DNA of 53,832 bases, counting the filler, from Dimargaris cristalligena (lineage: Eukaryota), in assembly GCA_003614675.1 (NCBI GenBank). It is 3 parts of 3 records of this genome, joined end to end, with 100 filler letters (N's around TTAATTAATTAA, not from the genome) between each part and the next. Parts side by side here need not be neighbours in the genome. Positions count along the whole stretch, not along the records: positions 36,040 to 53,832 come from ML002789.1; 2 more parts are not named here. The stretch is one strand, 5' to 3'. Numbering within the stretch: position 1 is the stretch's first letter; the number at the start of each line of letters is the position of its first letter. This document shows, one piece after another, positions 36,891 through 49,047 of this stretch. The notes under the pieces are model-generated. The model searched no databases. It was not told the DNA's origin and saw only the letters and a list, made by a program, of their open reading frames with translations. The position numbers and the translations under genes were made by a program.

Positions 36891-38827
36891 TTAAGCGCGG
36901 AGAATGCGCATGGTGTTGGTGTTACCCAGACCACCCTTCCAGCCCTGAATGGCAATGATGACATCACCACGCTGCAGCAGACCCTGTTCGATGGCCTGGT
37001 CGATACCCCACCGGATACGGGAGTCGACATCCTCCTGCCAGACGATGTGTTCCTTTTGGGGATCGTCAGTGGTGAGACGGGCCTGGGTGTATAGGAAGGG
37101 GTAGCAGCCGCGGTAGAGATGGACCTGGCGGGCGACGAATTCGGACCGGGTGATGGTAAGAATGGGGACCTGGGGACGGTACTTGGAGACCAGGCGGGCG
37201 GAGGTTCCGCTAGTGGACAGGACGACGATGGCGGCGGCGTTCTGGTCCATGCTGGCGCTGACGGCGGAAATGGCGGCGGCTTCGGAAATGCCGCGGGGAC
37301 CGCTGGACAGGGAACGGAGCTCGGCGAAAAGCGGGGGGTAGCAGATGGTGGCTTCGGCCATGGCGGCAACGTGGCTCATCATGCTGACGGCCTCCAGGGG
37401 GTAGCATCCCTTGGCGGTTTCACCGGACAGCATCACACAGTCGGCACCGTCCAGGATGGCGTTGGCCACATCGCTCACTTCAGCACGGGTGGGACGGGGG
37501 TTGGTGGTCATGGACTCCAGCATCTGGGTGGCGCAAATGACGGGCTTGCCGGCGATGTTGCACTTGGCGATGATCATCTTCTGGGCCACGAAGACGCTTT
37601 CGGGGGGAATTTCGATACCCAGATCACCACGGGCGACCATGACGCCGTCGGTTTCGGCGAGGATTTCGTCGAAGTTGACGACACCCTGGTGATTTTCGAT
37701 CTTAACGATAATCTTGATCTGCTTGCCGTCCTCACCCAGCACCTCGCGGATATCGCGCACGTCCTGGCCGGTTCGGATGAAGGAGGCGAAGATCATGTCG
37801 ACACCCTGGGCGACACCGAAGCGCAGATCACTCTTGTCCTTCTCGGACAGGGCGGGTAGATCCACATCAGTCTTGGGCAGGTTCACGCCCTTGCGGCTGC
37901 TCAGCTTGCCGTTGTTGAGGGCCCGCACGCGGACGGAATCTTCCATAATGTCAACGACTTCGAAGGACATGATACCGTCATCGACGAAAATGATCTTGCC
38001 CTTGGAGATGACCTTGGGCAGGTTCTTGTAGTCGACGTAGATGACGTCGGCGGTACCGCACTCGGCGTAGGCCTCGTCCATGGAGAATATCATTTCATGG
38101 CCAGTCTGGAAGGGGACGTCATGACCGTCGGTCATCAAGCCGGTACGGATTTCGGGGCCCTTGGTGTCGAGAGCGATGGCCACGGGGCGGCCGGGCATGA
38201 CCTCCTGGGCCTTGCGGATGTTGGCGATGACGGAGCCGTGGTACTAGGGATATGGATATGGCGAGTGGGAGTAGGAGTAGGAGTAGGAGTAGGAGAGGAA
38301 GACGGTGAGTCCATGGCTAAAGGGGTAGAGGAGGGGTGGGTAAGATGAAAGGATGTGTGCTACCCAGGTACAGGAGGCACGTGGATTAAGGAGCAGGCTT
38401 TAGTTGTCTCTAGATCACGGCTGGGGTGGTTGGTAGATAAGATAGACAACATGATGATTATGATGTAAGGAGCCTTACCTCGTGGGAGCCGTGGGAGAAG
38501 TTCATGCGAACAATGTTCATACCAGCCTGACGGAGCTGGTTCATGACCTCGACATTGTTGGTTTTGGGACCTGAGTAGAAGAAGTAGTAATGGTATAGTA
38601 TAGTACTGCGAAGGTGGATTAGGACAACAGGCAGGCAACTTTAAATGGAATATCTATAAGAAGCAAAGGCGGCCCGCATAGAGAGCCTCTAGACTGAATG
38701 AGGTCAGGCGGATCCACTTACCAATGGTGCAGATAATGGAGCTCTTGCGGTGCTCAGTGGGCTTCATGTCAATGCTGAGCTTCGTAATCCACTCGAGGCT
38801 CGAGTTGATGGAGGCGATACCGGACAT
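36891..38827 (-). CDS. CDC19: Pyruvate kinase; exons 38827-38722, 38570-38479, 38243-36891 (516 aa)
   Basis: [75 protein letters not shown]; strong C-ending codon bias. Confidence 0.98.
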
Positions 38828-40755
38828 GGTGACTGGAGTATAAAGATAGATGGGGAGGCTAGGTAAAAAGGAATAAATGGTAGGAGTTGAACAATGCAGA
38901 AGGAACGGATTAACCAGAAGAGAGAGAGAAAGAGAGAGAGAGAGCTGGAGGGTTAGTTAAGGTGGGCAAGGAAGGGAAGGGAGGGGGGACGGCACACTCT
39001 TAGTGAAACTAGGGGGAGGGAAAGTTAGAGGGGAGGAAGGACACGCACCCATACACACTATATACTTGGAGTGGCGGCGGGGTTGTGAAGATCAAGGAAG
39101 GATCTATCTCATCGATGATCTAATTAGTTCGCTAGTAAAAAGCCAACCTACCGTGTGGAGCAGTGGGCCAATGGGAAGCAGTGGCTTAGGCACGTACAAA
39201 TTAATCAGGCGAGTTAGCTGCACTAGATGATATATTTTATATTACCCGTTGAGGTTATCAGGGTAATCAGTAGAGAGATGTCGGCGAATCGAAGTAAAGA
39301 GAGAGATGCTATATGATTCTAAAGTGTCAGCCAGCCCCGCCGTCTTTATATCTCCTATCCCCAGCCTCTATTATTGACTGTAGTAGTGGTGGTGGTATAC
39401 GCCCACCAATATAATACAGCAGCGCACACATCTGTTATAATAGTCGGCGCCATACACCCTGTAACAATAACCCACCCAGCCCATCGGCCCGGAACGGTTG
39501 GGGGAAACCTCAACCCTGTCCACTATCCGCCGAAACTAGCCGAATGACAACTACCCTCCTCCCCAATGGGGGCCACCACCACACCCCAGCTACTAGTATA
39601 AACTATAGAATATAAACTTAATCCATAATACACTCATCGATTGATCTTACCGCCTTTGCCCCGTTGTAATCTCTCTTTCCACACTGGGACCCCCCCCCCT
39701 AATGATAATAACATGTATGGTTTGATGGTAACTGAAGGGTTGGGGGGGTTACACGAAAAGGAGGGGGGAGAAAGGATAAAAACATCTCACAGCCGTTAAC
39801 CACGGTAGCGTGCTCCCCCCGCTCATTCCTAGCCTATGATGAACCCACCCTCCCCGATACCCTCGAGAGAGGTATTATCGGCGTTATTCGCTTGGGTCGC
39901 ATAAAGGCTAGTTCCGTTGGGAGGGAGGTGGTGTTGAACCCCCGTGACTCAGCTCAACCGGTGTTGCCTGGGCGGGTGGGTGAGTGGTGGTGGTGGTAGT
40001 ACCTGTGTACTTCCGCTCCCACTCCCCGCCCCTACTTCTCCAAACACCTAACTCCAGTGTGCGACCTGCTTTCTCGCCTTGTGATCTCTGTTCCCACTGC
40101 GGATCGAGCCATTCCCGTTGGTACGGTGTGGTTCAATAACGAGGGATATCTCCTGCTTAGAGATGGAGGAGGGAGACGACCACCCCATTCATTTTATCTT
40201 ACATCCCCCCCAACTTAATCAACCGCCCGATCTAGTGGTAATGGATGATTCCCGGCCCCCAATGTCTAATAGTAGATGTCCGCAATCCCCGTGAGTTTCC
40301 TAGGCCTAAAACAGGAGGGGGGACTTTATAGAACTTCTGTGGAAATAAATAAATGGGCATGGTCATCATCATTCCATTAGGGCTTAGGTGGTTGGCTTAT
40401 AAAATGCCCGATATACGACAACTATATTCGCGGGCGGATCACTCTACAGACTCCGAAAATCTACGTCATCACCTTAAATTCTGGGATGGCCAGTTGATAA
40501 CTCAAGAACCACATTGAGCCCGTAAATTATGGATTATCCGCTCTCCTCCACCATTGTCCATCCGCACCCTCCCCCTCAGCTAAACCAACCGGGATAAACT
40601 GGTTAATGCTATCCAATCTCTAGGTCATGGGCCAGGGGGACGCTTACCTACTATTACTAATACGACCGCTTACTGAACCAATTCCTTAAATATTTATTTC
40701 CCATGAATCACGCGTAATCCAACAACCCCCCACGGTGGTTATCCACTCACACTAC

Positions 40756-42269
40756 TCACAACTGCGATTCCTTGGCTTCTTCCCACAGCGTTTTACCCGA
40801 ACACTCGCAGACCTGTTTAGTGTTTTGGAAAGCACCGGCTGACCGGGCCACAATGCCGCATAAGACCCCTGGTCCGCTGTTCCCGTCAATGCCCGACTGC
40901 GGATCATCCGCCCCCCGACGACCCAAATCGTCGGCGGCCTGCGTAATGACCACGGAACGTCCGATAATATCGTCCACCCGAATCCGCCGGCTCTCCAACA
41001 GTAAGTCGCCCCAGCCATCGGCTCGCACCATGATATTGCCCAAGTCGCCAACGTGCCCCGTCTCGGAATCCCCGTGGGTCACCCCCGTGGGATTGAAGTG
41101 AGGGCCCGTGCTGGCCGCCCCGGCGGAAATATTCCCGAGGGCGTGGATATGGATCCCATGGGGTCCAGGAGTTAGCCCACTAACGGTGACGTCAATGGCG
41201 CAGACGTCGGGACTCACTTGGACGATCCGGGCGAGACCCTTACGGTGGCCGGGGTCGGCAAGTTGGGGGTTGGGCAGGTATTCGCTGTCATGGAAAATGC
41301 ACACGGCAGCGCCCAAGTGGTTACCTAAAAGAGGGTTGGGTTGGTGGTATATACAACCAATATCACCCCCGTGGTGGTGGTGGTCCCAAGGCAGACAGGG
41401 TGAATATGAAAAAAGCGAGGTCGGCCGCAGAGTAGACGCGTAATAAGTATAATCGGGGATGTAGAAAGACTTGACGGGATCCGCAGCCACCCCCTGATCG
41501 TTGGGACAAATAGGTTGTTTACGGGACACTGTAGGTTGATTGTGTACCAATTCGCCAAGTCGGGTCGTTTCGGGTCATCCCAACAACAACCTATACTTAC
41601 CATCGACGGCCGATTGGCCACGGACAATAACTGTTTTTCCGGTGTCGCGAAGAATCTGATGGATCTTGGAGGGCGGGGCTAGAGGCCACGCAATAATTCA
41701 CGAACGGTTTGGGTAAAATGGGGAATCCCGATGAGTTTGTCATTAGTAAAAATCGAAAAGGTTGTAGATTTCCCAGATTTCGGGCGCGTGTATAGCACAG
41801 CTATCACTTACCTGTTCCCTCCACGGTTACGATTTTATTAGCGACATCAATATCGAAACGACTAACGCCTAATTCAACGAATGGCATGAATATAGCAAGG
41901 GGCCAAGTTGAGCATGACATAGTGGCGCTACTACGGTTATTAAAGATCCAGAGTGAATAGACTGTTTAAAAACGCACCATTGGCTTTGATGACTAAGCCC
42001 GTTTGGTAATATTCATTCATGGACCATGCCACTTACCCTCGGCTTTAGCCAGCGCCTTTTCCACCGTGTTGGCACAACCCTGGCAGGTCATCTCTACGGC
42101 GAATTCCGTCTATGGTTAGGGTTAGTATTCGTAAGAGCTGGTGTAGGTGAGTGAGGTGCTGCGCTGAGGCTTACGACTTTGAACTGCACAGCTTTTGGCA
42201 ATTAGGGGGCAAGACCCGTTGAAAGCTAGAAAATGCCGCCTCATACTATCGGCCTACCTTGAACGTCAT
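40756..42269 (-). CDS. CCS1: Copper chaperone for SOD1; exons 42269-42258, 42109-42037, 41868-41812, 41678-41601, 41324-40756 (262 aa)
   Basis: HMA domain MTCQGC; SOD-like domain (HGIHIH, GPHFNP, HVGDLGNI); domain III ARSAG..NTKQVCECSGKTLWEE; all introns phase-consistent. Confidence 0.93.
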
Positions 42270-43088
42270 ATTGGAAAGTGGGGGTAGTAAGGGTATGTAT
42301 ATACGAAAAGGTAGTGGGCAATGCGGCCGGGAAAATATTTAACGGCTGTGAACAAAGAGTATCGTGAATCAAGACGGGTGAATGAGGGGGCTAATTGAAA
42401 CAACCAAGGTATTACGATTTACTCCTTGACCGTAAGTAAGTCAAAAAGTACTGAAAGGTATCTCTACCAATACCTAGGGTAAGCTAACTGGCCGTCGCTT
42501 CTATTCCTGCGAATTGTGCGGCTGACGGGAGCGGGGGACGTCTTTTTGGGAGGCACATTGAGGGCCGCTGGCCACCCACACCTCCCCTGACTAATACATG
42601 GACTTACTAATATACAGCCCACAGTATGAGACGACGACACCATAGTGGTCTTTGGATATTCTTGGTCAAAACCCAGCCTGCTCCCCTCCTGCTTTACCAC
42701 CACCGCCTGGGCAGTATTATTTTTACTGGAAATGTCGCTAATATTCCCAATTTCGGGTAAATAATTGGCCAATGGTAGGGATGCGCCGTGTTTACCACAC
42801 TTGTTCTCTACACTTCGACTCTTGGGGGTGTTATTCCCCCCGATAACTGTAAACAACCAGCCTGCCCAAGTTAAACTCCCCGCCCGACTACTTACCCTGA
42901 AAAAAGAATGGACACGGACATTGCTCTCTCTCCCCTTTATACCCAGTAGCCTACCGATTCATTCGCCTAGAATAATACCCCTTCCAAAGCCCACCAACCC
43001 CCCGACTCCTTGTCTATTCCCCCCACCTCATTCCATTGGCAGACCACAACCAGCAACCCGTCTACTTTATACAAACCCCTTTTTTGAA

Positions 43089-44474
43089 ATGGTAAGTCGC
43101 GGTTTTACTGCTCTTAAGTTGGCTCTCAGCCCGGGGTGTAGACCTACAATACACAGTCGACTCTATATTCCGCATAAATCCCCATTCACTCGAACCGAAC
43201 CGAATAACTCATTCACGACTACTAGTTTAAAAAACATTGGATTTTTCCAGGAAAACTTAGCACCCACAGCTATTCGTAAAATCATTAAAGAGCTTCAGGG
43301 CCTTGAGCAGAATCCCCATGAGGGAATCCATGTGGTTACTAATGAAGAGGATATCACTGATATCCAGGCTTGGGTGGCCGGACCAGGTACGTGAAAACCA
43401 CTAAAGAAGCTGGCCAGCTATATGTCGTTACTATATCCTATAACTCTTACGGCACCTTGTCGAGGATATCGTTCGTATTTCTGGTCTAATCGGATACATA
43501 TGGTACCCCCCATATGTATGTCGTTATTCGTATTGACCTCCTTCAACAACTGCATCTTATATAGAAGGGACACCCTACCAGAACGGCTTTTTCCGGATTA
43601 AATTACAGCTAGGCAGCGACTTCCCCAATATGCCCCCACAATGTAAGCCCATATCTATTCAAACCTAGTAGACAACCTAATAATTACGCCCCACAACTCC
43701 GTACCCTTGTCGTTGAAGCTAACCGAGTAACTAACGTATATAAGTACATATACCCACAACGGGGGTTTGATGATGGTGATTCTTATTTATATACTCTCTA
43801 TCTTAGGCTGGTTTTTAACCAAAATCTTCCACCCGAATGTATCAGGTAGTGGCGAAGTGTGTGTCAGCACTCTCAAGAAGGACTGGAAGAAGGAACTCGG
43901 AATCGGGCATATTCTACTGGTAAGCTAAACACGCCATTCATGAACATTTGTCCTTTTTTGGGGTAATTTACTAGAAAGAGGGTAGGTATATCAATGTACT
44001 CAAGTTGGGACAGCTTTATCAGAAGCCCTCTGAAACCCGAAACTAGGGGTTTATATATACAGCCCCGCATTCGAATACCTGACTGATACACCAATATTAA
44101 TGCTCCGCGTGACCTTTCTAAACCCGGGAAAATATTAACAGACTGTCAAGTGTCTGTTGATCGTGCCCAACCCCGAATCGGCCCTCAATGAAGAAGCCGG
44201 GCGATTGCTTTTGGAACAGTACGACGACTACGCCAAACACGCCCGTTTAATGACCGACATTCACGCCACCTCCGTACCCAGCGACATTAAGGCCAAACTA
44301 CTTTCCACTCGGGTGACGGAGGCGTCTCCGACGGGGATGGTCGATGGTGCTCTTCCCCCGACTGACTCGGCCATCGATTTGGGAGCGGCTTCGACGGCCG
44401 CCGGGACCACCAAATCGGCCGAGTCGAAAAAGAAGCAGGCGGATAAAAAAAAGAAGGCCTTAAAACGGCTCTAA
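43089..44474 (+). CDS. UBE2S: Ubiquitin-conjugating enzyme E2 S; exons 43089-43091, 43251-43386, 43565-43642, 43807-43919, 44142-44474 (220 aa)
   Basis: [66 protein letters not shown], basic tail [10 protein letters not shown]. Confidence 0.93.
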
Positions 44475-46043
44475 ACCTCCCTAGGGCTGAACGCCTCAAT
44501 CTCTATTATGTTCCACCGTTTCACCCTAACTCTGATCTTTTGGGCCTTTTTTCATGTTATCCATGCCAACGACAATCGTTTCAGTAACCTCCAATATATA
44601 TATACGGTTTTTCTTTTTTGAATAACCTAGGCCAATTGCCGTAAACGAAGACATTTGATGTCATGGTGGGAGTTGTCAATAGAGTGGCAATATCCAAATG
44701 ATTTAAGAATGCCCAAATTGAGTTGTAGGTAGTAGCAGCTGGTTTGGCAGTAGGATTGGATATAGTATGAGCTGACCAAGAGCCACTCCCTAGTTTCTAA
44801 ATGAAGAACAGAGAATATTGCTGCAGCTGCAACCTCCAATGGGGGAATGCAATAGCTGGACTTAACGATAGGGAAGAGTTTCAACTCAGTCGCATATCGA
44901 ACAAACCATTGAGTATGGATAAAATGAAAAAGACCAAACTTCTATACAGTCATGTTGGATATCACCCATACTAGTGAAAAAACAAAGAATCGAGCGGGGA
45001 ATGAATAGGAGATAGTTGGATTATCCATTATTTTTGTAGATTTTTTTTCATCAATAACCCACAATCATGTCCACATCCCTAATTCCTGTGAAGCTTGTCC
45101 TATAAGTACCGCCTTCTGCCGCCCTTTCATCTTATCCCTCACCACTGACTGTCAATCGACTTTTACTATACAGTTTACCGACTCTTTTCTTTGGGGACAC
45201 TGAGAAGAACCGCTATTGGAGCACCACTAACGGGAGGGAGGTATTTTAATAATACCGGCCCTCCAGTCACTTGTGTTCTAGGGAAAGTCCTCGGACATTC
45301 TGGCAGCAAGTGCCAAAGGTAAACTGTTGGTCAGGGCTGGCGGAGCCGCCTCTATTCACCATATAGGGGCTGTCGGAGATGGGTTTCCCTTGGGATTCCC
45401 GGAGGCATCGTGCTTTGGTCAGCCCCCGGACATCGTCATAGCACAGTTATGCGGTTGGGGAGTGCGGTTCATTATGAACCCATTCCTTCAACTCAACGAG
45501 GCTCATTCACTCAGTGTCCCCTTCCCCCTTTTTTTAGTCCATAACAAAAAATAGTAATAACCAGTAGAAATCACTATCATCGACCCGGATAGAGCTGATC
45601 GCAAAAATTATTGTGCAAGAGTGTAGTCAACCATCGTGCTTAGCAGGTGGCAACAGCCAGCCCCCGCTTAATGTCATTCAAAGTACACTAATGATCGGGA
45701 CTGGAGTTAACAACTATGCTGACCGCTTGGGATTACTACAATAGGTGTAATGCTTATGCGGACTCCTTTAAATTAGCGTATCAACTAAGCAGCAATAGAT
45801 TGAGCCTGCACCTCTAATGTAAGCTTCCGAGCAACAATATTACTGATCACACCTGCTTATTATTAGGCATTATGTGTATTACAGAAATCAGTGATTGAGA
45901 TTGGATGCTAATACGGGAAAGGGTAAACAGTAAATCATTAAGGCGGCAAAATCCCGCCTTCAAAGGGACAATTCAAGGATAAGTGGGGGGGGGGGCATGT
46001 CCACTGGCATGGGCTCAACGGAATATCCCCCAATCCCCAACGG

Positions 46044-46364
46044 TTAAAATATAAATGAGCCACTTCCACCACCGATAAATAAATTTCTGTAATTGGCGGG
46101 AAGTTTTATCACAACCCGGGGAACGAGATGGATACTCGAGGCATCGGTGCCCCGCTTTTGGAATCGCTGCTGGGCATTAGAGCGGCGGTGGGCACGGGTG
46201 GTCAGCGGGGCGGATGTCTCAGGCGGCGATACCGCTCTCCGTTTAGTTACCGGAAACGACAGTTCGGCTTCAGCGGGACCCGGGGCGGCCGTCGCCTGGG
46301 GTGCTACGAGGAGGACGGCCGTGGTGGCGAAAAGGGCCATGGCGTACACACTGGTGACCTTCAT
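46044..46364 (-). CDS. Small secreted prepro-peptide (106 aa), function unknown
   Basis: Signal peptide MKVTSVYAMALFATTAVLLVAPQATA|AP; basic sites TKRR, HRR, QKR, VPR; GC-rich coding-like composition against AT-richer flanks. Confidence 0.75.
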   Translation of the reverse strand: MKVTSVYAMALFATTAVLLVAPQATAAPGPAEAELSFPVTKRRAVSPPETSAPLTTRAHRRSNAQQRFQKRGTDASSIHLVPRVVIKLPANYRNLFIGGGSGSFIF

Positions 46365-47945
46365 GGAGAATGGGTCGGTGGGGGGGGAGGGTAGGTTAGG
46401 GTGGGTGAGAGTGTTAAAATAGTAATTAGGGTAGCCCGTATAACACTAAATGGAAGTCCAAGGTAGACTGCCGTTAAAAAAGCTGGTCGTATTATATAAA
46501 TAATTCAGGGTTCGAAAAAGTATAAATGATGGCTAAGCAGAATGCAATAGCTTAGGCGGGAGGAGGTGGTGGTGTTGGCGGTTTCAAGTGGGGTGAAAGT
46601 AGTGCTTAAATATCAAAAGCTGAGGTTCATCCCCCCCCCTTTGGATCAAGCCAACTGTGAATCGCAGGCTTTCCCTTATTTGGGTTAGACTCAAGGGTAC
46701 CAGTCTACTTCCCTTACTGGCTAAACGGTATGGTTTTCTCAAATGCTACTAACACACGGTGTAGCAAATGCGCGTGTGCGCTATTGAGTGATTAACCCCG
46801 AGAATCCGCCTGATTGATGCGGAAGTCGCGATTAACGTATGGCCCATTCGACATAGCCGACGAATACAGATTGAAGTGGAATATTATACTATAATACGTA
46901 TAATCTACATTGGTGTTGGCGAGGTAGCTAACTGAAAGAGCCCAGTCGACCAATTGGTGGGATAGTCTATGAATTGACCACGTCCATCGTCAATCATCCA
47001 GCCCTGAATATGCCGATCCCCCAAGCGATAAGGCGCCCATGGAGGAAATGGAGGACTGTTCAGCCCACCCTATTTGGTAAAATAGGGATATACTACACGG
47101 CTCTGTGGCGCCTGCTATGCACTAAAAATAAAACCGGTCGGTTTAGATAGCGAATATCCAAACGGACTGTCATTAGGATTATCACCAAGTGTGACCATCG
47201 GCTGGTTAATTTACCCGTTCGATGAACTACAATTGCTCCTATTCGCCCTAAAGGGCAGGGTAAATTATAATCGCTTCTGTACATTGGGAGTCTCTTCAAA
47301 TAGCGATTGGTATAGCCGGGCGCCTATGGATTTATCACATTATCGATGGCTGAGAAATATGGGTATTGGTCACCGATATGAACTAGGGGGGTCACACGGT
47401 AGGAGAGTCCTGTGGCTTTAGTGCACTGTCTACAGCGGACTCTGACATGATGTATACCCCCAGATTGATGTTGCGGAGAAACATTTACCCCGTAAACTAT
47501 ACCGCTACTCCAAACGGCAAATCGGTGAATGTTGAAGCCCACCCCGAAGGATGGGTCCTATTCACCTCCCTCCCAGCACACCCGCCTTAAATATCTCCCA
47601 AACACCGAGAATGCCCAACCGCGTTAGCAGAGAGTGGTATCAAACGGCTCAAGAAGAAGTTTCTACACATCGAACTTGGCGGGAGAGGGGTGGGCAATAT
47701 CCATATTTTTCGAAGGACAATAGGTATCCCTTTTGTGCATTATTGATCAACCTTGAGGGTCATTTACCAACATGGGCGCGTGCGTGTGTGCGAATTAGAG
47801 ACCCTTGGAAGCCAAACCAGCTTGGTATGAACATGCTGAAATGAGGGTGAAGGCCAGCAGCCTAATACGGCTATAGCTGAGCAATTTTATTTAGTTATCC
47901 GTATTACTATAAGTGTATTATTAGCCATCCAATCTGTTATTCTAT

Positions 47946-48089
47946 ATATGGGAGTAGTTCAACAAGGCTGTATAACGAAAAACCCATTTGATGAGGCAAC
48001 TACTACTGGTTGAAAATAAACATCCCACCAACTTTCCCATACACATATCGGTTAAACCCTTATACAACCAAGCTGAACTTTACCCATAT
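47946..48089 (+). mobile_element. 144-bp MITE-like element, copy 4
   Basis: ATATGGGAGTAGTTCAACAAGGCTGTATAACGAAAAA ... TTATACAACCAAGCTGAACTTTACCCATAT; same length as the other copies. Confidence 0.85.
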
Positions 48090-49047
48090 GCTTTTTGTAC
48101 TCTATGGTTTAGGTATCTGGTCTACTAGCCGGTATAGCTGTATATGGTCAAATCAGACTTACCATGTATGCTCCTAATGGCTTGGCCGGGGGTCAGATGC
48201 CTCTAGTCCTAGTGTCGAAGTAAACGGCGTAGCCAATTCGATTGCTCCGCTCAGATGCACATCAACATGGAGTTTCCAAACTACCTTTATGATCGCCCAC
48301 CGCCTATCCCCCTCCCCTTTAGACAGCCTAATAACTTTTATTTTGCCGTCATACGGTCTCCCATGTTCGCTACTTCCCGGACTATAACCATGTGGTTGTG
48401 AACTTGGGCCATCTGACAGGATTTGTTTGCCTTTGGTAACCAAAACCATACCCCTGTGCAGTCTCTCTGCCCCAAGATTGAATCGTAGTAATAAATCGAT
48501 GGTCAAAGGTGTTTGAGCCAGTTGTTATCTTATTTTTTCCGTCCGACTGGTTATATATTTTCAGGCAACCATTACTTATCCGAGACATTAGAATATCTTG
48601 GTTATCTATTATATCAGGGCCACTAAATCTGGCCGCGGACATTTGCCAATAGCACTTATCGTATATCCCCAAAATTGACCTTAAAAACTTTAGGGAAATC
48701 TTGCATTCACTATGCTTTTTATATTTCTCACAGGGTGCGCCTCTTTCATAGAATAGATTCCATTTATTTAGCTGATGAGATGTTTGGTAGATTCTATCAG
48801 GATGTTAACCTAATTTAAATTGGTGATAGCCACCTCTCTAAAACTGAAATATATAAAAAAATGAGAAAACAGCAAGCTCGGCGACACCAAATAAGCCAAC
48901 AATATGTGTTAATATACCTACACTGGTGGGGTTGAAATATATAGACCGGATATTGGAAAACCTCTATTTTCGGTTGCAGTATCGGGGGATACAGGCTAAA
49001 TATTGCCCCTTCTATTAGCGAGTATTGGCCGGGTTCTCTGCGGTGTT

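Noticed and set aside
37119..37859. 246-aa plus-strand ORF
   Set aside because: Antisense shadow of pyruvate kinase caused by strong codon bias.
42155..42190. GGTGC..GCTGAG..TTTGAAC, TPP-like words in CCS1 intron 1
   Set aside because: Antisense to the gene and lacks the P4/P5 consensus.
42765..43250. 209-aa ORF as a single-exon E2 N-terminus
   Set aside because: Reads through leader and intron 1; ATG|GTAAGT...CAG splicing gives the canonical MENL start.
48174..48672. Short overlapping minus-strand ORFs (also 22538-23116, 28369-28829, 34494-34856, 44627-44884)
   Set aside because: No recognisable motifs, codon bias or splice structure; possibly decayed genes but unsupported.
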